Both the position numbers and the translations under genes were made by a program. From contig CAZIGV010000013.1 in NCBI GenBank assembly GCA_964538945.1, positions 12,148-76,147 of the forward strand: a stretch of 64,000 bases of DNA. The letters are read 5' to 3'. Positions 9,304-18,662 of this stretch are shown piece after piece; the first letter of the stretch is position 1; each line of letters opens with the position of its first letter. The notes beneath the pieces were generated by a model. The model was not told the DNA's origin and did no database searches. It saw nothing but the letters and a program-made list of their open reading frames with translations. The stretch is from an uncultured Hyphomonas sp. GTDB taxonomy: Bacteria > Pseudomonadota > Alphaproteobacteria > Caulobacterales > Hyphomonadaceae.

Positions 9304-10793
9304 GCGTCGATAAAGCTGCGATGGTCAGGCATTGCGGCGACCGCTTCTTCCATAGCTGCCCGGATCTGCCTCATCCGCTCCGGGACGATGTCGCTCTGCT
9401 TGAGCCCGGACAGGGCAGGGGCCCGGGTGGGAATCACGTTCTGGCCGATAAGCACAGCGATCCAGCTCGGATTGGTGAACAGTTCGCGTTCGTCTGAAAC
9501 GACCAGGCCATGTGAGCGGAAGTGCTCGATCTTGTACTTTAGCCGGTCTGGTATCTCCATGTCCGCGCAGTGGCGCCAGAAGTCATCATCCCTGCGTTCG
9601 GTGGCCTTGTAGTGAAGGACCAGGAAGTCACGAATACGCTCATACTCGGCTGAGGTAAGGGCATTGTATTCCTCGGCCAGCAGGGGAGACATTTGCCTGT
9701 CCGGGAAAAGGGCCAGAAGCCTCATGATGCCATACTGGATCAGATGGAGGCTTGTGGACTCCAGCGGTTCCATGAACCCGGCCGACAGCCCGATCGCGAC
9801 GCAGTTCTTGTTCCAGAATCTCTTCCGGCGGCCGGTGACGAAGCGGATGTGGCGCGGCGCGGCGAGGGGGGCGCTGTCCATGGACGCCAGCAATTCCTGT
9901 TCTGCCTCCTGCGTCGAGATGAAGCCGTCACAAAAGACATATCCGTTGCCGACCCGGTGCTGCAGGGGGATGCGCCACTGCCAACCTGCTCGCTTGGCGG
10001 TCGATTTCGTAAAGGGAAACAGGGGTTGATCCGAATTGCATGGCGCGGCCACGGCACGGTTGCAGGGCAGCCATCGGGACCAGTCCTCATATCCGGTCGA
10101 CAAGGTTTTTTCGATCAGCAGGCCGGAGAAGCCCGTACAGTCTATGAAAAGATCCCCTGGCAGTTCGCGCCCGTCCGCAAGTGTCACACTGCGGATAAAG
10201 CCCGAATCAGGGTCCTGCGAGGCGTGTGTGACCCGGCCCTCAATCCGCAGGACGCCGCGCGCCTGCGAATACCTGCGAAGGTAGCCGGCATAGAGGCCGG
10301 CATCAAAATGGTAAGCATAGTCAAAGGTTGACTGAATGAGGCGCTTGTTCCGCTCGGGGTGGCTGAACCGGTTAGCGGCTGACATGGCCCAGGCCATGGA
10401 ATAATCATCGAGTGACGCAACCCTGCCGTTCAGGTGTTCCCGGATCCAGTGCTGGTAGAAAGGCAGTTCATCGAACTCGGCCCCATACTGGCCAAAAGGA
10501 TGAAAGTAGGCGTGGCCCTGCCGGGTCCAGTTGACGAACTCGATCCCGAGTTTGAACGTGCCGCTGGTTTCCCTGAGGAAGGTCTGCTCATCTATCCCCA
10601 GACGGGCATTGAATATTTTCACCGGCGGAATCGTCGCCTCACCCACGCCGATCGTGCCGATTTCCTCTGATTCGACCAGAGTGATCGTGCAAGCCCCTTC
10701 GGTCGCCTTCGCGAGAGCCGCCGCCGCCATCCAGCCGGCCGATCCGCCGCCGAGAATTACGATGCGTTCAATCTGTCCCGAACTGCTCTGCAT
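9279..10793 (-). CDS. Flavin-dependent halogenase, tryptophan halogenase family (copy 2)
   Basis: GGGSAG, GVGEATIP, FK81LGIEF, HPFG, WQWRIP, FMEPLESTS. Convergent with copy 1, with a 25-bp overlap. Confidence 0.93.
   Translation of the reverse strand: MQSSSGQIERIVILGGGSAGWMAAAALAKATEGACTITLVESEEIGTIGVGEATIPPVKIFNARLGIDEQTFLRETSGTFKLGIEFVNWTRQGHAYFHPFGQYGAEFDELPFYQHWIREHLNGRVASLDDYSMAWAMSAANRFSHPERNKRLIQSTFDYAYHFDAGLYAGYLRRYSQARGVLRIEGRVTHASQDPDSGFIRSVTLADGRELPGDLFIDCTGFSGLLIEKTLSTGYEDWSRWLPCNRAVAAPCNSDQPLFPFTKSTAKRAGWQWRIPLQHRVGNGYVFCDGFISTQEAEQELLASMDSAPLAAPRHIRFVTGRRKRFWNKNCVAIGLSAGFMEPLESTSLHLIQYGIMRLLALFPDRQMSPLLAEEYNALTSAEYERIRDFLVLHYKATERRDDDFWRHCADMEIPDRLKYKIEHFRSHGLVVSDERELFTNPSWIAVLIGQNVIPTRAPALSGLKQSDIVPERMRQIRAAMEEAVAAMPDHRSFIDAYCKSALQ
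9281..9301. repeat. Inverted repeat inside the overlap of the two halogenase genes
   Basis: ACTGCAAG (9281-9288), GCGGA, CTTGCAGT (9294-9301): perfect 8-bp arms within a longer imperfect palindrome at 9259-9323. Confidence 0.9.
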
Positions 10794-10860
10794 TTGCTCG
10801 CCTTTTCCTGATCTATGACCCTCTTGAGGCCGCTCCTCCAGTACGCCGTCCGTGACCTAG

Positions 10861-10906
10861 GGCCGCAGCCTGCGGCCGGTGTAACATGCCGCAGAGCGGT
10901 TATAAT
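10861..10906. promoter_or_regulatory. Divergent promoter region (halogenase 2 / nuoA) with palindrome and -10-like element
   Basis: GGCCGCAG-C-CTGCGGCC (10861-10877). Consensus TATAAT at 10901-10906 inside the self-complementary TTATAA. No good -35 found. Confidence 0.35.
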
Positions 10907-11002
10907 GCCGGGCACAGCAGCAGGCGCACCGGTTCGTGTTGCACAAGCGTAAAAACCGTCCTAATCGAGCGGCCGCTGACCCTGTGCCCGGAGGTACCCT
11001 GC

Positions 11003-11377
11003 ATGTCCGAAGTCGAGAGCCTGGCGCTGGATTATCTGCCGGTGATCTTTTTCATCGTGCTGGGCGCGGTCATTTCCGGCCTGTTCGTCCTGGGCTCGGT
11101 CCTGCTGGCCCCTTCAAAGCCGGATCCGGAAAAGAATTCGGCGTATGAGTGCGGCTTCAACGCCTTTGATGATGCGCGCATGAAGTTCGACGTGCGCTTC
11201 TATCTCGTGGCGATCCTGTTCATCATTTTCGACCTTGAGGTGGCCTTCCTGTTTCCGTGGGCCGTCAGCCTCGGCGAGATCGGCGTGCTCGGTTTCTGGT
11301 CGATGGTCGCCTTCCTCGGGGTGCTGACGGTCGGCTTCATCTATGAGTGGCGCCGCGGCGCACTGGAGTGGGAGTGA
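11003..11377 (+). CDS. nuoA: NADH-quinone oxidoreductase subunit A
   Basis: [38 protein letters not shown]. Start set at ATG 11003 after GGAGG (10990-10994). Confidence 0.97.
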   Translation: MSEVESLALDYLPVIFFIVLGAVISGLFVLGSVLLAPSKPDPEKNSAYECGFNAFDDARMKFDVRFYLVAILFIIFDLEVAFLFPWAVSLGEIGVLGFWSMVAFLGVLTVGFIYEWRRGALEWE

Positions 11378-11949
11378 TGTCAGGTCCAACCTACAAGCCC
11401 TATGCTCTCGGCGGCGCCCGCGCCGGAGTTGAGGGCGGGCACAAGCCCGGCCATGACGATCCCTTCTATACGGGGCTGTCAGACCAGCTCGCGGACAAGG
11501 GTTATTTTACCGCGGCGGCCGACGACCTCATCACCTGGGCCCGGACCGGCTCGCTGATGTGGATGACCTTCGGGCTTGCCTGCTGCGCGGTGGAGATGAT
11601 GCACGCCGGCAACCCGCGTTACGATCTCGAGCGGTTCGGCATGGCCCCGCGCGGCTCGCCCCGCCAGTCGGATGTGATGATCGTTGCCGGCACGCTGACC
11701 AACAAGATGGCGCCGGCCCTGCGTAAGGTCTACGATCAGATGCCGGAGCCGCGCTATGTCATCTCGATGGGCAGCTGCGCCAATGGCGGCGGCTATTACC
11801 ACTACAGTTACAGCGTGGTGCGCGGATGCGACCGGATCGTGCCGGTCGACATCTACATTCCCGGCTGCCCCCCCACCGCTGAAGCGCTCGTGTACGGCTT
11901 CCTGCAGCTGCAGAAGAAGATCCGCCGCGAAGGCTCGATTGAAAGATAG
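11377..11949 (+). CDS. nuoB: NADH-quinone oxidoreductase subunit B
   Basis: [37 protein letters not shown] coupling to nuoA. Confidence 0.97.
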   Translation: MSGPTYKPYALGGARAGVEGGHKPGHDDPFYTGLSDQLADKGYFTAAADDLITWARTGSLMWMTFGLACCAVEMMHAGNPRYDLERFGMAPRGSPRQSDVMIVAGTLTNKMAPALRKVYDQMPEPRYVISMGSCANGGGYYHYSYSVVRGCDRIVPVDIYIPGCPPTAEALVYGFLQLQKKIRREGSIER

Positions 11950-11958
11950 GGCAGGCTG

Positions 11959-12570
11959 GTGAACGCTGAAAATCTCCCCGATCTCGCCGCCCATATCGAG
12001 AGCAGGATGCCGGACGCGGTCCGCTCGGCGCAGATCAGGCTGGGCGAGCTGACCGTACTGGCTGAGCGCGACCATATCCTGTCTCTTCTGCGCTTCCTGC
12101 GGGATGATCAGCAATGCAATTTCGAGACGCTGATTGATGTCTGCGGTGTCGACTATCCCGAGCGCAGCGAGCGCTTTGAAGTGGTCTACCACCTTCTGTC
12201 GATGCGCATGAACCAGCGGATCCGTGTGCGTATCCGGGCTGCTGAAGACACAGCCGTGGCGAGCTGCGTGCCGATCTGGCCTGCGGCCAACTGGTTCGAG
12301 CGCGAGGCCTTCGACATGTACGGTATCCAGTTTGCCGGTCACCCGGACCTTCGCCGGATCCTCACAGATTATGGTTTCGAAGGCTTCCCGCTGCGCAAGG
12401 ATTTCCCGCTGACGGGCAATTATGAGGTTCGCTATGATGACCTCGAGAAGCGGGTAACCTATGAGCCGGTAAAGCTGGTCCAGGAGTACCGGAACTTCGA
12501 TTTCCTCTCGCCCTGGGAAGGCATGACGTCTCAGATCCCGGGTGACGAGAAAGCTGGCGGAGGCGCTTGA
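11959..12570 (+). CDS. nuoC: NADH-quinone oxidoreductase subunit C
   Basis: [43 protein letters not shown] start. Confidence 0.96.
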   Translation: MNAENLPDLAAHIESRMPDAVRSAQIRLGELTVLAERDHILSLLRFLRDDQQCNFETLIDVCGVDYPERSERFEVVYHLLSMRMNQRIRVRIRAAEDTAVASCVPIWPAANWFEREAFDMYGIQFAGHPDLRRILTDYGFEGFPLRKDFPLTGNYEVRYDDLEKRVTYEPVKLVQEYRNFDFLSPWEGMTSQIPGDEKAGGGA

Positions 12571-12574
12571 TCCC

Positions 12575-13780
12575 ATGGCCGACACCGCACACCTGATCGA
12601 GGAAGACGATCGCAAGTTCACGCTGAACTTCGGCCCCCAGCACCCGGCCGCGCACGGCGTTCTGAGGATGATCATGGATCTCGACGGTGAGATCGTGACG
12701 CGGATCGACAGCCATATCGGTCTCTTGCACCGCGGCACCGAGAAGCTGCTGGAGTACAAGACCTATCTGCAGGGTCTGCCTTACTTCGACCGTCTCGATT
12801 ACTGCTCGCCGATGAACCAGGAGCACGCCTGGTGTCTGGCAATCGAGAAGATGCTCGCCATTCAGGTGCCGCGCCGCGCAAGCCTGATCCGCGTCCTTTA
12901 TTCCGAGATCGGCCGGATCATGTCGCATCTTCTGAACGTGACGACCCAGGCGATGGACTGCGGGGCGCTGACGCCGATCACCTGGGGCTTCGAAGAGCGC
13001 GAGAAGCTGTGCGTCTTCTATGAGCGCGCCTCGGGCAGCCGGATGCACGCAGCCTATTTCCGGCCAGGCGGCGTGCATCAGGACCTGCCGCAGAAGCTGA
13101 TCGACGATATCGCCGCCTGGGCCGAACAGTTCCCCGAAAAGCTCGCCCGCATCGAGGATCTGATCACTGAGAACCGCATCTTCAAGCAGCGCAATGTCGA
13201 CATCGGCGTTGTCGACCAGCGCACGATCATGGACTGGGGGTTTTCCGGCGTGATGGTGCGCGGCTCAGGTCTTGCCTGGGACCTGCGCCGTTCGCAGCCC
13301 TATGAATGCTATTCCGAACTCGACTTCAAGGTTCCGGTGGGCCGGCACGGCGACAATTATGACCGCTATGTCTGCCGCATGGAGGAAATGAAGGAATCGG
13401 CGAGGATCATGCTCCAGTGCATCGCACGCCTCACCCGGGAGGGACCGGGACCTGTGCTGCTTGCCGGGAGCAAGCTGTCGCCGCCGCGCCGGGCCGATAT
13501 GAAGAATTCGATGGAAGCGCTGATCCACCACTTCAAGCTGTATACGGAAGGTTTCCACGTCCCGGAAGGCGAGTGTTACGCGGCCATCGAGGCGCCGAAA
13601 GGCGAATTCGGGGTCTATCTGGTGGCTGACGGCACGAACCGGCCCTACCGCGCCAAGATCCGCGCGCCGGGCTATCCGCACCTGCAGGCGATGGATCATC
13701 TCAGCAAGGGTCATCAGCTGGCAGATGTCTCGGCGATCCTGGGCTCCCTCGATATCGTGTTCGGGGAGGTCGACCGGTGA
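12575..13780 (+). CDS. nuoD: NADH-quinone oxidoreductase subunit D
   Basis: [45 protein letters not shown]. Start set at ATG 12575. Confidence 0.97.
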   Translation: MADTAHLIEEDDRKFTLNFGPQHPAAHGVLRMIMDLDGEIVTRIDSHIGLLHRGTEKLLEYKTYLQGLPYFDRLDYCSPMNQEHAWCLAIEKMLAIQVPRRASLIRVLYSEIGRIMSHLLNVTTQAMDCGALTPITWGFEEREKLCVFYERASGSRMHAAYFRPGGVHQDLPQKLIDDIAAWAEQFPEKLARIEDLITENRIFKQRNVDIGVVDQRTIMDWGFSGVMVRGSGLAWDLRRSQPYECYSELDFKVPVGRHGDNYDRYVCRMEEMKESARIMLQCIARLTREGPGPVLLAGSKLSPPRRADMKNSMEALIHHFKLYTEGFHVPEGECYAAIEAPKGEFGVYLVADGTNRPYRAKIRAPGYPHLQAMDHLSKGHQLADVSAILGSLDIVFGEVDR

Positions 13781-14124
13781 GCGCGTCTTCCGAACTGATC
13801 CAGAAACAGCTGGACGCCTATAACGCCCAGAATATCGACGCCTTCCTTGCCTGCTATGCAGAGGATGCGGTGCTCGCCGGCCTCAACGGCGAAGTCACCC
13901 ATCGCGGCCTTGCCGCTATCCGCAAGCGGCATGAAGATCTTTTCTACGAGTTCCCGAAGAACCATGCGCGCCTGGTCAACCGCATCGATCTGGGAACGAC
14001 GGTGATTGATCACGAACAGGTGGAGCGCGCCCCGGGCGGTGACCGGTTCGAGGTGGCTGCGATCTACACAATCCGGAATGCCAGGATCGCCCGGGTCGAT
14101 TTTGCGCGGGCGGGAGCTGTCTGA
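13777..14124 (+). CDS. SnoaL/NTF2-like (ketosteroid-isomerase fold) protein
   Basis: [22 protein letters not shown]...G...IR...VIDHEQV...[14 protein letters not shown] is typical of SnoaL-like proteins. GTGA overlap with nuoD and SD GGGGAGG. Confidence 0.75.
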   Translation: MSASSELIQKQLDAYNAQNIDAFLACYAEDAVLAGLNGEVTHRGLAAIRKRHEDLFYEFPKNHARLVNRIDLGTTVIDHEQVERAPGGDRFEVAAIYTIRNARIARVDFARAGAV

Positions 14125-14576
14125 TGGGCGTCCTTCCGGAGCAGCGCGTCTCGATCATCACGCTCGGGGTCAAAGACCTCGCGGGCATGGTGCGTTTCTA
14201 TACTGAGGTTCTTGGTTTTGAGGACCGCGGTGTGAAGGGCGAGGTGGCTTTCTTCAATGCGGGCGGCATGGCGCTCGGGCTCTGGGACGAGGGCAAGCTT
14301 GCCGCTGATGCCGGGCTTGCGGCGGATCGCAGTGGCAGCTTCCGGGGATTTGCGCTGGCGTTCAACGCGCGCTCCATCGAGCAAGTCGACGAGATTTTTG
14401 ACCGTCTGGGAAAGTCCGGCGTGCGCATTCCCAGGGCGCCGCACAGGACCTATTGGGGCGGATATGCCGGATACTTTGCGGATCCGGAAGGCAATGCCTG
14501 GGAGGTGGCTTTCAACCCCTTCTGGCCGATGGATGAGGCCGGGCGCGTGACCGTGCCTGAGCCGAAGGAGCGATAG
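14124..14576 (+). CDS. VOC (glyoxalase/bleomycin-resistance superfamily) protein
   Basis: SIITLGVKDL...RFYTEVLG; WGGYAGYFADPEGNAWEVAFNP. TGATG overlap upstream and TAG-ATG abutment with nuoE. Confidence 0.85.
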   Translation: MGVLPEQRVSIITLGVKDLAGMVRFYTEVLGFEDRGVKGEVAFFNAGGMALGLWDEGKLAADAGLAADRSGSFRGFALAFNARSIEQVDEIFDRLGKSGVRIPRAPHRTYWGGYAGYFADPEGNAWEVAFNPFWPMDEAGRVTVPEPKER

Positions 14577-15251
14577 ATGGCCTTGCGGCGATTTGATCTC
14601 GAGGCCGGCGGCGACCGTTTCGCCTTCAGGCCCGAAACGGAAGAGAAGATTGCGTTCTGGCGCGGCAAGTATCCGGCCGACAAGCAGCGTTCGGCAGTCA
14701 TTCCGCTTCTCTGGCTGGCCCAGAAGGACAATAATGGCTGGCTGTCGGAGCCGGCGATGCGCGCGGTCGCCGACCGGCTCGAAATGCCGTATATCCGGGT
14801 CTACGAGGTTGCGACCTTCTATACGATGTTCCGCCTGCAGCCTGTCGGCAGGTTCCACGTCCAGCTGTGCGGCACAACGCCTTGCCAGCTGCGCGGCGCA
14901 GAGGACCTGAAGGAGGTCTGCCAGAAGGAAATCGGCAAGGCGATGTTTGTCACTGACGACAAGCGCCTGTCCTGGGAGGAAGTTGAATGTCTCGGCGCCT
15001 GCACGAATGCGCCGGTGGTCCAGATCAATGATGATTATTTCGAAGACCTGACCCCGGAGTCCCTGGCCGCGATCCTCGGCCGCCTTCGCAATGGCGCCGA
15101 AGTGACACCCGGCCCGCAGACCGACCGGATCAACAGTGCGCCGGAAGGCGGGACAGATGTTCTGACCGATCCCTCGCTGTTTGACGCCAGCCGGACCCGT
15201 ATTTCCGCCCTTCCGAACCTCCCCGGTTCCGTCGCCAAGAAAGACGCCTGA
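14577..15251 (+). CDS. nuoE: NADH-quinone oxidoreductase subunit E
   Basis: [36 protein letters not shown] ([2Fe-2S] ligands). Confidence 0.97.
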   Translation: MALRRFDLEAGGDRFAFRPETEEKIAFWRGKYPADKQRSAVIPLLWLAQKDNNGWLSEPAMRAVADRLEMPYIRVYEVATFYTMFRLQPVGRFHVQLCGTTPCQLRGAEDLKEVCQKEIGKAMFVTDDKRLSWEEVECLGACTNAPVVQINDDYFEDLTPESLAAILGRLRNGAEVTPGPQTDRINSAPEGGTDVLTDPSLFDASRTRISALPNLPGSVAKKDA

Positions 15252-15252
15252 G

Positions 15253-16557
15253 ATGCTGCAGGACAAGGATCGCATTTTTACCAACCTCTATGGCATCCAC
15301 TCGCCCGAACTCGAGGCGGCCAGGCGCCGGGGTGCCTGGCACCTGACGAAGGAGATGCTTGATCAGGGCCCGGACTGGCTGTGTGAACAGGTCAGGGCCT
15401 CGGGCCTGCGTGGGCGCGGCGGGGCAGGCTTTCCGACCGGTCTCAAATGGACCTTCATGCCGAAGGAGGTGCGCGACCGGCCGCATTACCTGGTCGTCAA
15501 TGCCGACGAGTCTGAACCGGGCACATGCAAGGACCGCGAGATCATGCGTCATGATCCCCACCTTCTGATCGAAGGCTGCATGGTGGCAAGCCGGGCGATG
15601 CGCGCCCACACCTGCTATGTCTACATCCGGGGCGAGTATATCGCCGAGCGCCATGCGCTCGAGAAGGCGGTCCGGGAAGCCTATGACGCCCGCCTGATCG
15701 GCCGCAATAACCTCAATGGATGGGACTTCGACCTTTACGTTCACCACGGCGCCGGCGCCTATATCTGCGGCGAGGAAACGGCCCTGCTGGAAAGTCTTGA
15801 GGGCAAGAAGGGCCAGCCGCGGATGAAGCCCCCATTCCCGGCTAATGCCGGTCTTTATGGCTGTCCGACCACTGTGAACAATGTCGAGTCGATTGCGGTC
15901 GTGCCCACCATCCTGCGCCGCGGCGCCCAGTGGTTTGCCGGCTTCGGGCGTCCGAACAATTCCGGGACCAAGCTGTTCTGTATCTCAGGGCACGTCAACA
16001 AGCCCTGCAATGTCGAAGAAGAAATGTCGGTCACGTTCCGTGACCTGATCGAAACCCATTGCGGCGGTGTGCGGGGCGGCTGGGAAAATCTGAAGGCGGT
16101 CATACCCGGCGGTTCGTCGGTCCCGATGCTGCCGGCCGAGCAGATCATGGACGCCTGCATGGACTTCGACACGCTGCGCGACCTGAAATCAGGTCTCGGA
16201 ACGGCCGCCGTCATCGTCATGGACAAACAGACAGACCTGATCAAGGCGATTGCGCGTCTTGCCTATTTCTACAAGCATGAGAGCTGCGGCCAGTGCACGC
16301 CCTGCCGGGAAGGCACGGGCTGGATGTGGCGCGTGCTTCAGCGTATGGTGAAGGGTGAGGCGACGCATGACGAGATCGACACGCTGCTGGACGTGACCAA
16401 GCAGGTGGAGGGCCATACGATCTGCGCCCTTGGCGATGCCGCCGCCTGGCCGATCCAGGGCCTCATCCGCCACTTCCGTCATGAAATCGAAGAACGCATC
16501 AACCGCTACCGCCAGCCCCGCGCCTTCGTGCAGGGCGCCGTGATCGCGGCGGAGTAG
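15253..16557 (+). CDS. nuoF: NADH-quinone oxidoreductase subunit F
   Basis: [48 protein letters not shown]. Start set at ATG 15253. Confidence 0.97.
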   Translation: MLQDKDRIFTNLYGIHSPELEAARRRGAWHLTKEMLDQGPDWLCEQVRASGLRGRGGAGFPTGLKWTFMPKEVRDRPHYLVVNADESEPGTCKDREIMRHDPHLLIEGCMVASRAMRAHTCYVYIRGEYIAERHALEKAVREAYDARLIGRNNLNGWDFDLYVHHGAGAYICGEETALLESLEGKKGQPRMKPPFPANAGLYGCPTTVNNVESIAVVPTILRRGAQWFAGFGRPNNSGTKLFCISGHVNKPCNVEEEMSVTFRDLIETHCGGVRGGWENLKAVIPGGSSVPMLPAEQIMDACMDFDTLRDLKSGLGTAAVIVMDKQTDLIKAIARLAYFYKHESCGQCTPCREGTGWMWRVLQRMVKGEATHDEIDTLLDVTKQVEGHTICALGDAAAWPIQGLIRHFRHEIEERINRYRQPRAFVQGAVIAAE

Positions 16558-16562
16558 GGACC

Positions 16563-18653
16563 ATGTCTGACACGTTCAAAGTCAATATTGACGGCCAGGA
16601 ACTCGACGTACCGAAGACGTATACCCTGATGCAGGCCTGTGAGGAGGCCGGCGCCGAGATTCCGCGCTTCTGCTATCATGAGCGCCTGTCCGTGGCCGGC
16701 AATTGCCGCATGTGTCTTGTCGAATGGGAAGGCGCGCCCAAGCCGATCGCGTCCTGTGCGCAGATTGTCGGCGATCTTCGTCCGAACCGGGACGGCTCGC
16801 CCCCGGTGATCCGCACCAGAGGCGCTTATGTCGAGAAGGCGCGCAACGGGGTGATGGAATTCCTCCTGATCAACCACCCGCTTGACTGTCCGATCTGCGA
16901 TCAGGGCGGCGAGTGCGACCTGCAGGATCAGGCGATGGCCTATGGCCGCTCCGAGAGCCGCTTTGACGAGAACAAGCGGGCGGTCGAAGACAAGAATATG
17001 GGGCCGCTGGTTAAGACGATCATGACGCGCTGCATCCAGTGCACGCGCTGTGTGCGGTTTGTTGCGGAAGTCGCGGGCGTCGAGGAGATTGGCATGATCT
17101 CGCGCGGCGAGAGTGCGGAAATCACGACCTATCTCGAAAAGTCCCTGACATCCGAGCTCTCCGGCAATGTGATCGATCTCTGCCCGGTCGGCGCGCTGAC
17201 CTCGAAGCCTTATGCCTTCAATGCGCGGCCCTGGGAGCTGCGCAAGACATCCTCGATCGACGTGATGGACGCCATGGGCGCCGCGATCCGCGTCGATGCA
17301 AAAGGGGATGCGGTAATGCGCATTCTTCCCGAGACGAATGAGGAAGTGAACGAGGAGTGGATCTCGGACAAGTCCCGCTTTGTCTGGGACGGGCTGGCGC
17401 GTCAGCGTCTCGACCGTCCCTATCTGCGCCGGAATGGCAAGCTGCATGCGGTGACCTGGCCGGAGGCCCTGGACGCCGTGAAGTCGGCACTGTCGGTTGG
17501 CGCTGACCGGATCGGGGTTGTTGCCGGTGACCTGATTGAGGTCGAACAGGCGAAGGCGGCGCTGGATTTCTTCCGCTCGATCGGCGTCAAGAACACCGAT
17601 TGCCGGCCGGCCGGCGCGGCCTATGGCACCAGCGGCGTGCGCGAGCATTATCTGCTCAATCCCACGCTGATGGGCGTCGAGGAGGCGGACGCGCTGCTGC
17701 TGATCGGCACAAATCCGCGTAAGGAAGCCGCCGTGTGGAATGCCCGCATCCGGAAATCCTGGCTGTGGGGTAATCTGAACGTGGCCCTGATCGGGCCGGC
17801 GATCGATCTGACCTATCCCTATCTGCATCTTGGCGACGCGCCTTCGGCACTGGGCGCAGACCAGGTGCGGGAGTTCCTCAGGGGGGCGAAGAAGCCGATG
17901 ATCATCGTCGGCGAAGCCGCCCTTTGCCGCGCCGACGGCGCGGGGGTTTTTGCAGCCGCTCTCGGCCTGGCTCAGGACAGTGGTGCGATCGCCGAGGGCT
18001 GGGCGGGTTTCGGTGTTCTGCACTCGGCGGCTGGCCGGGTCGGCGCACTGGATGTCGGTTTCCTTCCGGCCGAGGACGGCAGGACCACCGCGGAGATTCT
18101 CAGCGGCGGGCTCAGCACGGTCGTACTCCTGGGCGCGGATGAAGCCGGTCTTGGCGGGCTGGGCGATGCAACGGTCATCTATGTCGGCTCACACGGTGAT
18201 GCCGGCGCCGCCAGGGCCGATATCATTCTGCCCTGCGCCGCTTATACGGAGATGAGCGCAACCTATGTCAACACCGAAGGGCGTGTTCAGATGACCAGGC
18301 GGGCGGTGCAGCCGAAGGGCGATGCCCGCGAAGGCTGGTCAATCTTCCGGGCGCTGTCGGGGCTGCTGGGCAAGCCGCTGGCCTATGATACGCCAGATCA
18401 GCTGCGTGATCTTCTGCGCGGCAGGCCCGGAGAAAACACGCCCTTTTCCGGCCGCAACTATGCACCGGGCGCCGGCGGCGCGGACGCGCTGAAGGCCCCG
18501 GTTCCGGCCCGGGCCGGCGGGCTTGGCGATGCGGCTTTCGTCTACCCGATCGAGGACTTCCACCTGTCCAATCCCATCGCCCGTGCCTCGCGCACGCTGG
18601 CGGAGTGTTCTGCGCTGGCGACCAGCCTAGACACCGCGATGGCAGCGGAGTAG
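16563..18653 (+). CDS. nuoG: NADH-quinone oxidoreductase subunit G
   Basis: CYHERLSVAGNCRMC, HPLDCPICDQGGECDLQ, CIQCTRCVRF, DLCPVGAL. Confidence 0.97.
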   Translation: MSDTFKVNIDGQELDVPKTYTLMQACEEAGAEIPRFCYHERLSVAGNCRMCLVEWEGAPKPIASCAQIVGDLRPNRDGSPPVIRTRGAYVEKARNGVMEFLLINHPLDCPICDQGGECDLQDQAMAYGRSESRFDENKRAVEDKNMGPLVKTIMTRCIQCTRCVRFVAEVAGVEEIGMISRGESAEITTYLEKSLTSELSGNVIDLCPVGALTSKPYAFNARPWELRKTSSIDVMDAMGAAIRVDAKGDAVMRILPETNEEVNEEWISDKSRFVWDGLARQRLDRPYLRRNGKLHAVTWPEALDAVKSALSVGADRIGVVAGDLIEVEQAKAALDFFRSIGVKNTDCRPAGAAYGTSGVREHYLLNPTLMGVEEADALLLIGTNPRKEAAVWNARIRKSWLWGNLNVALIGPAIDLTYPYLHLGDAPSALGADQVREFLRGAKKPMIIVGEAALCRADGAGVFAAALGLAQDSGAIAEGWAGFGVLHSAAGRVGALDVGFLPAEDGRTTAEILSGGLSTVVLLGADEAGLGGLGDATVIYVGSHGDAGAARADIILPCAAYTEMSATYVNTEGRVQMTRRAVQPKGDAREGWSIFRALSGLLGKPLAYDTPDQLRDLLRGRPGENTPFSGRNYAPGAGGADALKAPVPARAGGLGDAAFVYPIEDFHLSNPIARASRTLAECSALATSLDTAMAAE

Positions 18654-18662
18654 GGCGGCGCC

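Noticed and set aside
7772-10805. Shared 9-mer AAAGGCGAG upstream of both halogenase starts (7772-7780 on +; 10805-10797 on -)
   Set aside because: The distances to the ATG differ (14 versus 3 nt), and the motif is purine-rich and SD-like, so chance is plausible.
4594-10860. TBDR-halogenase block as a mobile island
   Set aside because: No integrase, transposase, tRNA or flanking direct repeats were seen. I could not compute GC or codon skew, so horizontal origin is unsupported.
10939-10952. TTGCACAAGCGTAA upstream of nuoA as an FNR/FixK box
   Set aside because: Too many mismatches to TTGAT-N4-ATCAA to support.
10886-11002. N-terminal extensions in the ORF track (nuoA 10886, nuoB 11347, nuoD 12542, nuoF 15181, rpsB 37115, rseP 43026, bamA 44252, skp 46701, lpxI 49355, lexA 55355, ppiD 61153, tpiA 61132)
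   Set aside because: Downstream starts fit homologue N-termini, SD positions and stop/start coupling better. The extensions are longest-ORF artefacts.
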